This document shows, in pieces, positions 7,293 to 17,461 of a stretch of DNA of 64,000 nucleotides (position 1 is the first letter of the stretch; the number at the start of each line of letters is the position of its first letter). The DNA lies in NCBI GenBank assembly GCA_028282585.1, contig JANQHR010000142.1, positions 1 through 64,000 on the forward strand, in the 5' to 3' direction. Under the pieces are notes generated by a model that was given only the letters and a program-made list of their open reading frames with translations, was not told the origin of the DNA and ran no database searches. Source of the DNA: Bacteroidales bacterium. Its GTDB lineage: Bacteria; Bacteroidota; Bacteroidia; Bacteroidales; UBA12077. Position numbers and translations under genes: made by a program.

Positions 7293-9464
7293 TTATTTAA
7301 TCAGGTTTATTTCAATAACTACTTCGACACCTGAACCTACTGAACTATTAATCTCACATTTACCATTAATTGACTTTATTCGATTTATCATATTTTTGAG
7401 TCCCATACTATTCATATTATTACTATTTAATTTATGAATATCAAAACCTTTTCCATCATCTGTATAAACCAAGAATAGTTTATTAAACAAATCAAAAAGT
7501 CTTATAGAAATGTTTTTGGCGTCGGAATGTTTGATTGTATTATTAATTAGTTCATTAATAATCTTAAATAAAATTATCTCTATTTCACGGTCAAACGATT
7601 TGCTCAAATTATCAGTAAAAACCGATATATTTAATTTACCATCAATCTGAATTTGATTGCATAAATTATTTACAGCTGTAACCAATCCTAAATCTCCAAT
7701 TTCATAAGGCCTAACATTATTAGCTATTTCTCTTGAAGCACGAGTGGCTGTAGTAATCAAATCCTTACAACGTTTTACTATTTTTAAAGACTCTTCTTTG
7801 TTAATATTTTTACTTTCAAGTACACTCAACTTTAGCTTTATGGCTGATAACAGAACTCCTAAGCTATCGTGTAAATCTTTAGCAAACCGGCTTCGTTCTT
7901 TTTCTTCAGTTTCAAATACTTTCCTCAGAATTTTTCTTTCTAGTGTTACACGATCTGTTATATCTCTGGCAATATGCATAAAAGCTTTTTCATCTCCATA
8001 TCGGATCGTTTTTCCGTGTACTTCCAGATAAACTTTTTTATGGTTTTCATACTCATAAGATATTTCCATATTTGCCCTATTTGTTTTTCTTAAATCTGTC
8101 AAATAGTTCTCTATAATTAGAGAATTGCTATCATTAATTAAAAAGTCTTTGTTTAAATCAGTGAAATTTAAGTTTAGTTGTTTTATCCTTTCTTTTGTAA
8201 TTTCATTAGCTTCTAATAATTCATCTGCCAAAGAGGTTATCATAACCAAATCGTTACTCGCATTAAAAATATTTATAAACTTGCTTTCAGAGTTTTCCAA
8301 TTCAATGGTTCTCTTTTTTACTGTTTCTTCTAAATAATGTTTATTCTGAATGATTTTTTCCTGTATTTTATTAAACTCTGTAACATCTTCACAAAAAGCA
8401 ATGTAAGTATCTGTTGAAATTTCCCTGGAATTTATTTTAACGTTAACGGATGACTGGTCTTTTTTCAACAATACAATTTCCGTTTCAAATGCACCACTTT
8501 CTAACAATTGCTGAAATGCTTTAAATATTTTGTTCTTATAATCATCATGAGTTAAATCTAAAATTGTTTTTGTAAGTAATTCTTCTGTTGTATAGTTTAG
8601 TAAATTCCTGGCGGACTCATTAGCATAAGTGCATTCGCCTTTACTATTAGATACAAAAATTGCCAAAGGTGATACTTCAATATATTTTCTGAGTTTCTTT
8701 TCACTTTCCTTTAATTTAAATTCTGCTTTCTTAATACTGGTTATATCCCGAAAGCTTTCAATAATTCCTTCAACTTTATTTCCTTCTCCTTTTAAAGGAA
8801 CTATATCACATATGTTAATTCTATGATTATCATTATGCCCGGAACCAACTTCATACCTAACTAATTCCTTACCATTTAAAATGAGTTTCACAGGGCACTT
8901 ATCCGAATTACAATATCCTGAATTGTAATAATCAAAACATTTGCGACTAACCACCTGGCTGGCCTCCATATTGCATAATTCAGCATATTTTTGATTGGCG
9001 TAAAGAATATTAAAATTCAGATCGATTATTCGCAAAGCATCATTAGATTCTTCAATTAAATAATCGAAAAACTGGCTATGCTTATCATTATTTCTAATTG
9101 ACAAATTACTTTTAGGCATCTCATCAAACAGTATATTGCAAATGCCAGGAGAATGGCTAAGGAAAGCTACTTCATAATTATTTCCTTTTATTTGTTTTAA
9201 AAACTTAATAACCTTCTTATGGTAGTTTTCCGATAAAAAAATGTCTTGTAGTCTTTCGTATTCTGGTTTTATCTCAGGTATTAACTCAACGATGTTCTCA
9301 TCTTTAAAATTATTAAGATAGGAAGTTTGAAATTTTAGTTGGAAGCTTTTGTTAGCATATTTTATTAATGGCTGATATATTTTTTTTTCAAGTTCTTGTT
9401 TAATACATACAATACGGACTGTAACAACACCTTGGGGCATTGCATCAAAAACCTTTCTTATCAT
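7293..9464 (-). CDS. Cytoplasmic multi-PAS sensor histidine kinase (HisKA_3 type)
   Basis: PAS ends RDITS, EDVTE, RDITDR; ERSRFAKDLHDSLG H-box; ELINNTIKHS, DDGKGF, MGLKNM. Confidence 0.93.
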   Translation of the reverse strand: MIRKVFDAMPQGVVTVRIVCIKQELEKKIYQPLIKYANKSFQLKFQTSYLNNFKDENIVELIPEIKPEYERLQDIFLSENYHKKVIKFLKQIKGNNYEVAFLSHSPGICNILFDEMPKSNLSIRNNDKHSQFFDYLIEESNDALRIIDLNFNILYANQKYAELCNMEASQVVSRKCFDYYNSGYCNSDKCPVKLILNGKELVRYEVGSGHNDNHRINICDIVPLKGEGNKVEGIIESFRDITSIKKAEFKLKESEKKLRKYIEVSPLAIFVSNSKGECTYANESARNLLNYTTEELLTKTILDLTHDDYKNKIFKAFQQLLESGAFETEIVLLKKDQSSVNVKINSREISTDTYIAFCEDVTEFNKIQEKIIQNKHYLEETVKKRTIELENSESKFINIFNASNDLVMITSLADELLEANEITKERIKQLNLNFTDLNKDFLINDSNSLIIENYLTDLRKTNRANMEISYEYENHKKVYLEVHGKTIRYGDEKAFMHIARDITDRVTLERKILRKVFETEEKERSRFAKDLHDSLGVLLSAIKLKLSVLESKNINKEESLKIVKRCKDLITTATRASREIANNVRPYEIGDLGLVTAVNNLCNQIQIDGKLNISVFTDNLSKSFDREIEIILFKIINELINNTIKHSDAKNISIRLFDLFNKLFLVYTDDGKGFDIHKLNSNNMNSMGLKNMINRIKSINGKCEINSSVGSGVEVVIEINLIK

Positions 9465-9753
9465 ACAAATATTCGTTCTTAGAGTCTCAAATATAATTTT
9501 TTAAAATCTTATTTTAAATATTTGAAATGAAATAATTCTGCATTCATAAAATAATTTAGTAAACCTCACACTTTTTCACCCTTCAATTTTTAACAAATAA
9601 AGGCAATCAGAAATACCATAAAGTTTTAAACTAACAAATTATGTGTTTAATCGATAAATACCTGTAAGAGTAACTTGAAGATAAGGGCTGGTTCCTGATT
9701 CTCCTCAAGAAGACGAACCAACTTCAATTCGTGCAATTTATATCAAGAAAATT

Positions 9754-9787
9754 AAAAAAGGGTTCAACTGTAAAACCATCAAACCCT
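9754..9787 (-). terminator. Intrinsic terminator after the cysteine synthase gene
   Basis: Minus strand agggtttga...ttgaaccc followed by a T-run. Confidence 0.55.
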
Positions 9788-9823
9788 GCGAATACTATTT
9801 ATAATTTTAGATAGTGCTTAAAT

Positions 9824-10795
9824 TTAATCAACGGCAAGATGTCCAAGGCCTATTTCATTCAGCCATTTAGGATTAAAAATTTTGCTCATATATTTAAAAC
9901 CGCTGTCAGGCAGAACAGTAACTATTTTAGCAGGAGCTTCTATTCGCTTTGCAATTTCCAAAGCAGCCCAAACATTACCTCCACTTGAACCACCAACCAT
10001 TAATCCTTCATCTTTGGCAAGCCTATGTACCATACTTATAGCATTTTCATCATTAAATGAGATCGCTTCATCAAGTATATCAAAATTCATAGCATCAACA
10101 AGTGTGCCTTTACCAGCTCCTTCTACTTTAAATGGTTTTTTGTACGACATGTAATCTTCTTTACCTTCAAAATAAGGCTTATAAACCGATCCTTCCGGAT
10201 CTGCCAGAATAACTTTTATATTGGGGTCATTTTCTTTTAATCGTCTACCAGTCCCAGATATTGCTCCACCGGTTGATGCGGTAGCAACAAATGCATCAAT
10301 CTTTCCGTTCATGTCATCCCAAATCTCCTTGCCTGTTGTCATATAATGGGCTTCAGGATTTAACTGGCTGTTATATTGATCAATATGATAAAAACGTTCA
10401 TCTTCTTTAGCCTTTTTAGCGGCAGCATCTTCATATGATTCAGGAGCAGGTATAACAGTAACTTGGGCACCATAAGACCTAATAATTGCAATCTTTTCAT
10501 CACTGCATTTATCCGGAACAAAAATAATTGATTTTAGTCCCATGCTCGAAGCAACCATAGAAACAGAAGCACCTGTATTACCTGAACTTCCCTCAACAAG
10601 TATTGTATTACTATTGATTTTACCTGTCTCAACACCTTTTTGAACCATATATTGAATAATCCGGTCTTTATAACTTCCCGTAGGATTCATAAACTCAAGT
10701 TTTGCATGTATCTCTATACCGGGCTTGGGATCAAGTGTCTTTAAATGTATCATCGGTGTGTTTCCGATCAGATTCAATGCTTCTATTTTTGACAT
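9824..10795 (-). CDS. PLP-dependent cysteine synthase / cystathionine beta-synthase family
   Basis: IGNTP, KLEFMNPTGSYKDR (PLP Lys), SSGNTG, TGGAISG, VEGAG, GGSSG, PDSGFKYMSK. Confidence 0.93.
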   Translation of the reverse strand: MSKIEALNLIGNTPMIHLKTLDPKPGIEIHAKLEFMNPTGSYKDRIIQYMVQKGVETGKINSNTILVEGSSGNTGASVSMVASSMGLKSIIFVPDKCSDEKIAIIRSYGAQVTVIPAPESYEDAAAKKAKEDERFYHIDQYNSQLNPEAHYMTTGKEIWDDMNGKIDAFVATASTGGAISGTGRRLKENDPNIKVILADPEGSVYKPYFEGKEDYMSYKKPFKVEGAGKGTLVDAMNFDILDEAISFNDENAISMVHRLAKDEGLMVGGSSGGNVWAALEIAKRIEAPAKIVTVLPDSGFKYMSKIFNPKWLNEIGLGHLAVD

Positions 10796-10897
10796 AACAA
10801 TTCTTTATACTTCCTTATATTTTCTATAGTTTATTAAAGCGCAAAATTACAAAATACTTTCTAATAAAATACAACTTTTTAACCAGCAAAAACAGTT

Positions 10898-11193
10898 ATG
10901 GAATTAACCGAGAACGAATTTATGTCATTAAGATTACATTAGTAGATACTGGTCAGAAACGAATGCAATGTACAAAAAAGAGTCTTTTAAAGAGACTGAA
11001 ACTTATTCTTTTTCAGGGAGATTGGATCCTGATAGTAAGGAAATACTTATTGCAGTTTCTGTTGGAAATACTGCCAGAACATTTGCACGGGAAGCAAACC
11101 TTAATTTAATTAAGGATGGCAAATTTGGCACAAACAAAATGAAATTAACCTAAATTTAGAAACGGTAAAAGAAGTAATGGATAAATTCTTTTA
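10898..11193 (+). pseudogene. Decayed small gene, tentatively carboxymuconolactone decarboxylase/AhpD-like
   Basis: Broken frames; SGRLDPDSKEILIAVSVGN is followed in another frame by C-Q-N-I-C; a terminator follows. Confidence 0.3.
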
Positions 11194-11215
11194 AAATTAA
11201 AAAAGATAAACCTTC

Positions 11216-11247
11216 TGCTATATTTCAATTGAAATATAGCATTTTTT
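11216..11247 (+). terminator. Perfect 26-bp palindrome with T-run
   Basis: TGCTATATTTCAA-TTGAAATATAGCA followed by TTTTTT. Confidence 0.65.
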
Positions 11248-11308
11248 ATTTTTGTCAATTATACTAAAATAATATATTTGTAACACTTCGACTTATCTAT
11301 TGAATTAA

Positions 11309-13588
11309 ATGTTAATTAACGAACCAAAGAAAATAATTATTCGTATTGGAGTTTTTGTATGTCTAATTATTTTAACTATTACTGCGAAAGCAGAAAAAGC
11401 AAAAGCAGAATTAAATGATATTTTTACTAACAAAAATATTTCTGTTGATGAATTTATATTTGTACTAAACAGTTATGTCGAAATTGAATCAAATTATATC
11501 TTAACTAACGAAAAGCTTGTTTTAGAAAAACTGAAAGAGACAAATTTATTTGTTCATCACATAGATATTTATAACCTTCTGGCAAATGCATTTTGGTACC
11601 GAAACAGGAAACACAAATATCAATTATATTGCTCCAAAGCTGATTCAATTCTAAAAAAGCATCCTGAATATGATTTTGGTAAATCTTCTCTTATGAGGTT
11701 AAGAGGCTTATATAATAATGATAACGATAAAAATAAAAAGGATTTTTCAAAATCTATTAACTTTCTAGATACCGCATTATCGTTATCAATAGAAACCCAA
11801 AATAAGTCCTTAATTGCCAGAAATTATTATTCGTTGGGATTTATTTATTGGGATAACTCCATGTTTTCTGATGCAATTCTTAACTTTAAAAAGTCAGAAG
11901 AGTTTTATGAAAACCTTAATGCGCAATATCAAATAGCAAGAATATATAATTACTATGCTATTCATGGTAAAAATGCCGGTGATTTAGCAACATCATTGGA
12001 TTATTATTTAAGAATAGAAAGAATTTACCAAAGTCTTTATGAAGAGAAAAGAAGGGCTGAAATTCTTGGGAAAATTGGAGGCATTTATGCCGATATGGGG
12101 AATTTTGAAGATGCAATGAAAATGTTTAATACTTCTCTTTCAGTCTTATTAGAACTGAAAGCGGAGAGAATGTTACCGTATGCATATGAAAGAATCGGAT
12201 CTCTGTATTTAAAAATGGATAATTATTCAAAAGCCAAATACTATTTCTTGAAATCAATTGATTTGGAATCAAAAAGTGGTAATAAAATAAGGTTAAATGG
12301 TTTAAAGATAAATATGATTGATATTTATATTAATGAGAAGAAATATGATAAGGCAATAGAAATATTGGATGAATCAATTCGTATTTATACTAAACTTTCA
12401 TTTACCTCTGGAATTTCAACCGTTTACCAAAGATACGCTGAGATACATTATTTACAAGGTAATTACAAAAAAGCAGTCGAAACAATTAAAGAGTCAATCG
12501 AATTGGCATTGGAGGTAAATAACCAGCTAATACTTCAGGACGCATATTTACAACTAAGTAAGTACTATGAAAAACTAGGTAAATATGACCTATCCTTAGA
12601 AAATTATAAATTATATAAGAACTACTCAGATTCTGTATTTAATGAAGAAAATCTTTTAAAGGTAGAAAGCCTTAAAACAAAATTTGAAATTAAAGAAAAA
12701 GAGCAAGAAATTGAACAACTTGAAGCCATGGCGGAGATTAAAAATCAACAGTTTCAGCTAACCGTATTAGTTCTTGCCCTCTTAATATTAATAATAAGCA
12801 TGTTATATGTTTACAAACGTTCAAGGGAAAAAACTAAACATCTAAAATTATTAGCCATAAAAAATAAAGAGTTAAAAGACGTTACTAAAAAACTTGAAAT
12901 CTCTAATAATTTTAAAAGCCGTTTAATTTCTAACATCTCCCATGAAATTAGAACTCCATTAAACATTATTTTAGGATTTACAAGCACAATAGATGAAAAA
13001 ATAAATCCTCAATCGTTCAAATTAGCTTTGTCCGAAATACAAAGAAGCAGTGATAATCTTACAAGAATGATTGATTCGATGTTAGATATTTCCTTACTTG
13101 ATTCTGATAAAGTAAAATTGAAACCAGAAGAATTTTATTCTTTCGAGTTAAAAAAGTCTGTTGAACAAGTTATAAAGCATGAATTCTGGAAAAAAAATAA
13201 GACACTTAGTTATAACATTGCATGTAGGGATAATTTTAAGATTATTTCTGACAAGAATAGGATCAAACAAACACTACAGCAAGTCATTGAAAACTCAGTA
13301 AAGTTTACCGATGATGGAAAAATAGAGGTAGATATCACTAGTTCTCGTAATAGTTTATCAATTAAGATTAAGGATACAGGGATTGGGATCGAAGAAGACA
13401 AAATTAACCAGGTATTTGAAAGGTTTTATAAAATTGAAAATAACAAAAAACTCTATAGAGGAGCCGGTTTAGGTTTATCAATAAGTTATGAAATTATAAA
13501 GTTACTTAATGGTAAAATAGAGATCGATTCAGAAATTAATAAAGGAACTACATTTTCTATTAGCTTGCCATTGAAAATGGAAGTGTAA
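11309..13588 (+). CDS. TPR-repeat membrane sensor histidine kinase
   Basis: Signal-like N-terminus, TPR helices, one TM segment, ISHEIRTPLN, ENSVKFT, DTGIGI, GAGLGLSI. Confidence 0.93.
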   Translation: MLINEPKKIIIRIGVFVCLIILTITAKAEKAKAELNDIFTNKNISVDEFIFVLNSYVEIESNYILTNEKLVLEKLKETNLFVHHIDIYNLLANAFWYRNRKHKYQLYCSKADSILKKHPEYDFGKSSLMRLRGLYNNDNDKNKKDFSKSINFLDTALSLSIETQNKSLIARNYYSLGFIYWDNSMFSDAILNFKKSEEFYENLNAQYQIARIYNYYAIHGKNAGDLATSLDYYLRIERIYQSLYEEKRRAEILGKIGGIYADMGNFEDAMKMFNTSLSVLLELKAERMLPYAYERIGSLYLKMDNYSKAKYYFLKSIDLESKSGNKIRLNGLKINMIDIYINEKKYDKAIEILDESIRIYTKLSFTSGISTVYQRYAEIHYLQGNYKKAVETIKESIELALEVNNQLILQDAYLQLSKYYEKLGKYDLSLENYKLYKNYSDSVFNEENLLKVESLKTKFEIKEKEQEIEQLEAMAEIKNQQFQLTVLVLALLILIISMLYVYKRSREKTKHLKLLAIKNKELKDVTKKLEISNNFKSRLISNISHEIRTPLNIILGFTSTIDEKINPQSFKLALSEIQRSSDNLTRMIDSMLDISLLDSDKVKLKPEEFYSFELKKSVEQVIKHEFWKKNKTLSYNIACRDNFKIISDKNRIKQTLQQVIENSVKFTDDGKIEVDITSSRNSLSIKIKDTGIGIEEDKINQVFERFYKIENNKKLYRGAGLGLSISYEIIKLLNGKIEIDSEINKGTTFSISLPLKMEV

Positions 13589-13589
13589 A

Positions 13590-14078
13590 TTATTTCTGTT
13601 TTAACCTATCAATGAGTAATTGCAATTGATTAGGTTTATTTGTTCCTATCAGAATTTTCTTTCCGTCCTTAAGTATTAATTGTAGACCTTTGCTTCCTGA
13701 AACAGTATAGGACCTGCCTTTCTTAATTCTAATTTGAATACCGTGTCCACCATATTCTCTAATTGGTTTAAAACTTCTTAAGTAAAATTCGGAAACTTCA
13801 TCCCATAAAATCTTCCTAGGTCGAATATGAAATGGTCTATATCGAAATGTAATTTTATTTTCATCAATTTCAGTATCTAATCTCATTAGTATTACTATTA
13901 TATTAAATATAATGATTACCAGCAAACTAAATAGTATAGAAATAATAGCCTCTAATTCTTTTTCTTTTGAAAATTGCTCAACCAACGCCCAAAACATTAG
14001 AACATATAAACCAATAAAAAATATCCATTTCCAACCCAGATTAATATATTGACTCTCATTAAAGTTTATATTTACCAT
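13590..14078 (-). CDS. Two-TM hypothetical protein with a bacterial PH-like C-terminus
   Basis: FNESQ, two TM segments, PIREYGGHGI, GLQLILKDGKKILIGT. Confidence 0.75.
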   Translation of the reverse strand: MVNINFNESQYINLGWKWIFFIGLYVLMFWALVEQFSKEKELEAIISILFSLLVIIIFNIIVILMRLDTEIDENKITFRYRPFHIRPRKILWDEVSEFYLRSFKPIREYGGHGIQIRIKKGRSYTVSGSKGLQLILKDGKKILIGTNKPNQLQLLIDRLKQK

Positions 14079-14247
14079 AACTTATATTCATTGTTTTAAC
14101 GCAATTTAAAAAACTATTTCTATAAATCAGTCTAATTCCCTGATTTGTTTAACAATTCTAACCAGAAAATAATTAATTATTGAACATTTAATTTTTTGTA
14201 CGGTTATTTAGTAATATTCGACTAAGCTTAAAACAAAAACTTTAAAC

Positions 14248-15306
14248 ATGGAACATGCTATCAAAACAATGCTAATCTACTTTAAATTTCTGTTGAAAGA
14301 ATTTATTAGCCCATTAAACTACTTTATGGCATTTTTAATTGGAGTTGTAATTAACTATTTTCAGGGGATTGGGATTTTCGAATCTCCTGTCCCATTTATA
14401 GTTCCCATAATAGTTCAGTCGATTTCCAAAGCATCGGTAAAATTTGGTAACAGGAACCTTAATTTACTAGTAAGGCTGCCTATGGAAAAGAAAGACCCGG
14501 CTTTTGTAATAAATACAAGTGGTGAAATTGTTGCTTCAGAAGGAAAAACAAAAGATTTATTCACTAATAATAACATCGGCAATTTTCTGGATTTATTCGA
14601 AAACCAGCAAGTATCTGATATAAAAGGAGCAATAAATGATAGCTATCATACAAAGCAACATGTTTCACAAGAATGGTATTCTCCCCGAATTGAAAAGTGG
14701 TATTCAATAAATATGAAAGCAGATGAATTTAGCAATAATGTTTTGGTTTGGCTAGATGATATTTCCTTACGCAAAAAGTTAGATGAGCGATTAACAAAAG
14801 TAAGGAACTTTAGTACCCAAATGATGCTAAGCATTGATGAACAACTTAAAGCCAGTGACAGCTATGACCGTTTAGCACAATTTGTGCTCGACCAAGGCTA
14901 TAAGGGAGTTTTCATTACCAGCAAAGAAAAAGAAGGTAACCTAAGAGGTTTTGTATATAAAACAGATTCAGGGCAAATCAGTAAATCGGATGAAATTGTA
15001 ATTTCAAAAAACTCCGAAGCCCCTATATGGAAATCCAGGAGAAGTTTAGGCATTGTTACAGATACTATTAAAAATTACACGGATTCGGAAGTGTTTTACC
15101 AAAATAACCGTTTTGACCCCCATGTTTTAGAATTCCTTAGCTTTAAAGTTGAGAATTTTGTTAACTACCACGAAGAAGATATATCCGTAATTACATTTAA
15201 CAAACATTCGGATGTAACCCAACAAGATTTAACCTTAATGGAGGGAATTGTAAACTCTGCATTCACAATTAATTACCTGGTTAATATTATCAAAAATTGC
15301 AGTTAA
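14248..15306 (+). CDS. Membrane-anchored PAS + GAF-like protein with no output domain
   Basis: Hydrophobic N-terminus; DPAFVINTSGEIV...WLDDISLRKKL PAS signature; C-terminal ...FNKHSDVTQQDLTLMEGI resembles a GAF end. Confidence 0.65.
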   Translation: MEHAIKTMLIYFKFLLKEFISPLNYFMAFLIGVVINYFQGIGIFESPVPFIVPIIVQSISKASVKFGNRNLNLLVRLPMEKKDPAFVINTSGEIVASEGKTKDLFTNNNIGNFLDLFENQQVSDIKGAINDSYHTKQHVSQEWYSPRIEKWYSINMKADEFSNNVLVWLDDISLRKKLDERLTKVRNFSTQMMLSIDEQLKASDSYDRLAQFVLDQGYKGVFITSKEKEGNLRGFVYKTDSGQISKSDEIVISKNSEAPIWKSRRSLGIVTDTIKNYTDSEVFYQNNRFDPHVLEFLSFKVENFVNYHEEDISVITFNKHSDVTQQDLTLMEGIVNSAFTINYLVNIIKNCS

Positions 15307-15307
15307 A

Positions 15308-17434
15308 ATGGTTCAAGATATTAGATATTCTTCTGAAGAGGTTAAATCTATGGCATTGTTTGCTAAGTATAACCCTGCGCCTGTTTTTCGTTTCGATAAA
15401 GAGGGAAATATACTTCAGGCTAATTATGCTGCTGAAGAAACTTTCTCAGAAATTATCTCCAGAAATGGAAGAGCTTTTGAGATGATTAAGGGAATTGACC
15501 AAAGCAAAGTTGAAAAGTGTATTAAAAATGGCGATATTCTTTCGTTGGTTGAACATGTTAATGGCAAGAATTTCCGGTTTGAAATGCGAGGCATACCTGA
15601 ATTAAAAGTTATGCAGGTTTATGGCGCAGACATAACTGAAATAGTAGAAACGCAATATGAAAATGAGAAACTTTCAACTGCAGTCTCTCAAACGTCTAAT
15701 TCTGTGATGATTACCGACCTTAAAGGCAACATTGAATTTGTAAACGGTGCATTTGAATTAAAATCAGGATATCAAAGAGAAGATGTACTTGGCAGAAACC
15801 CGCGCATTTTAAAAACCAATTACCTCTCAAAAGAGACCTACAAGAAAATGTGGGAAACCATTTCTTCTGGCCATGTTTGGAAAGGAGAATTTCATAACCG
15901 AAGAAAAGATGGTTCTACGTATTGGGAAGAAGCTACAATTAGTCCCATAAAAGATAGAAATGAGGAAATTCAAAACTACATAGCTGTTAAAGAAGATATA
16001 ACAGAACGAAAAAAAGCAGCGGAAAAATTGCATTCGATGGCTTTGTTTGCGGAATTAAACCCGGAGCCAGTAATGCGTTTAGCAGATAATGGTTTGATAC
16101 TCCAATCTAACAAAGCAGCTAATGATATTTTTAACGAAGAATCTTTAATAGGGTTTGAAGTTCAGGAATTGATACAAGAAATAGCACAAATTGATTTTTC
16201 CGGTTTTATTAAAAACAATAAAATTGAAACGATTGATATCCAAATTAAAAATAAATTCTACCGGTTTATTTTAAAAGGAATTGCTGAAATCAATGTGTGC
16301 CAAATGTATGGGTCGGATATTACCAGCCGAATCGAAGCCCAAAAAGATGCAGAATCAATGGCACTCTTCGCAAAACTGAACCCGGAGCCTGTTTTTAGGT
16401 TCGATGCCCATGGCATTATATTACAGTCCAACCCGGCCTCAAATGAAGCATTTGGCTCACAAACTATTGTAGGAAAGGAAATTATAGAGCTAATACCCGA
16501 AATTTCAGATATAAATTTTAAAGAATTTATAGAAAAAAACAGTTTATTAACTATAACAGCAGAGATTGGGCAAAGTATAATGAGATTTATTCTTCGTGGG
16601 CTATCCCATTTAAACGTATGTCAGATTTATGGTTCAGATATAACTGAAAGAGTCAAAGCACAAAAAAAAATCGAAGAGCAAAAGCAAGCCATTACGGACA
16701 GTATTCAGTATGCAAGTCGAATTCAAAATGCTGTTCTTCCAAAGCAAGATATAATGGATAATTATCTTTCCGATCATTTTATCTTTTTCAAACCCCGCGA
16801 TATAGTTAGTGGCGATTTTTACTGGATGACTGAGAAAAACAACAAGCTTGTATTAGTTGCTGCAGATTGTACAGGACATGGGGTTCCTGGTGCATTCATG
16901 AGCATGCTTGGTATTTCATTTTTAAATGAAATTGTAAACAAACATAGCTGTGAGAAAGCCAGCACAATTTTAGACGAATTACGCGACCTGTTAAAGTCAA
17001 CCCTGGCACAATCGGGACAAGCCACTGATGATGGAATGGATGTAGCACTTGTTATTGTCGATAAAGAAAGTATGAAAATCAATTACGCAGGTGCCTATAA
17101 TTCCTTTTATCTGGTAAGAGATGAAGAATTGCAAATAACCAAGGCCGACAGAATGCCTATAGGAAACTATATTAAAGATGATAAGCCATTTACTAACCAC
17201 ACAATCGAAATTCGAAAGGGTGATTCGTTTTTTATTTATTCCGATGGCTACCCTGACCAGTTTGGAGAAAAAACAAAAGCAAAATTTTCTACCAAGAAAT
17301 TTAAACAACTATTAACTGACATAAGTAAACATTCGGCAGAAATACAAACTCGCATACTTGAACAAGAATTTCAATCCTGGAAAGGAAATCACAGACAAAT
17401 TGATGATGTTTTGATTATAGGGGCTAAAATCTAG
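15308..17434 (+). CDS. Four-PAS SpoIIE/PP2C-family protein phosphatase
   Basis: SIQYASRIQ, KPRDIVSGDFYW, ADCTGHGVPGAFMS, DGMD, SDGYPDQFG, QIDD; one canonical PAS/PAC plus three repeated short PAS units. Confidence 0.92.
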   Translation: MVQDIRYSSEEVKSMALFAKYNPAPVFRFDKEGNILQANYAAEETFSEIISRNGRAFEMIKGIDQSKVEKCIKNGDILSLVEHVNGKNFRFEMRGIPELKVMQVYGADITEIVETQYENEKLSTAVSQTSNSVMITDLKGNIEFVNGAFELKSGYQREDVLGRNPRILKTNYLSKETYKKMWETISSGHVWKGEFHNRRKDGSTYWEEATISPIKDRNEEIQNYIAVKEDITERKKAAEKLHSMALFAELNPEPVMRLADNGLILQSNKAANDIFNEESLIGFEVQELIQEIAQIDFSGFIKNNKIETIDIQIKNKFYRFILKGIAEINVCQMYGSDITSRIEAQKDAESMALFAKLNPEPVFRFDAHGIILQSNPASNEAFGSQTIVGKEIIELIPEISDINFKEFIEKNSLLTITAEIGQSIMRFILRGLSHLNVCQIYGSDITERVKAQKKIEEQKQAITDSIQYASRIQNAVLPKQDIMDNYLSDHFIFFKPRDIVSGDFYWMTEKNNKLVLVAADCTGHGVPGAFMSMLGISFLNEIVNKHSCEKASTILDELRDLLKSTLAQSGQATDDGMDVALVIVDKESMKINYAGAYNSFYLVRDEELQITKADRMPIGNYIKDDKPFTNHTIEIRKGDSFFIYSDGYPDQFGEKTKAKFSTKKFKQLLTDISKHSAEIQTRILEQEFQSWKGNHRQIDDVLIIGAKI
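15347..16650 (+). repeat. Three dispersed intragenic repeats of a ~100-aa PAS-like unit
   Basis: Units start SMALFAKYNPAPV (15347), SMALFAELNPEPV (16034) and SMALFAKLNPEPV (16355); each ends RF.xxG...Q.YG.DIT. Confidence 0.85.
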
Positions 17435-17461
17435 TTGTTGATCAATATTTATTAGGTTTTA

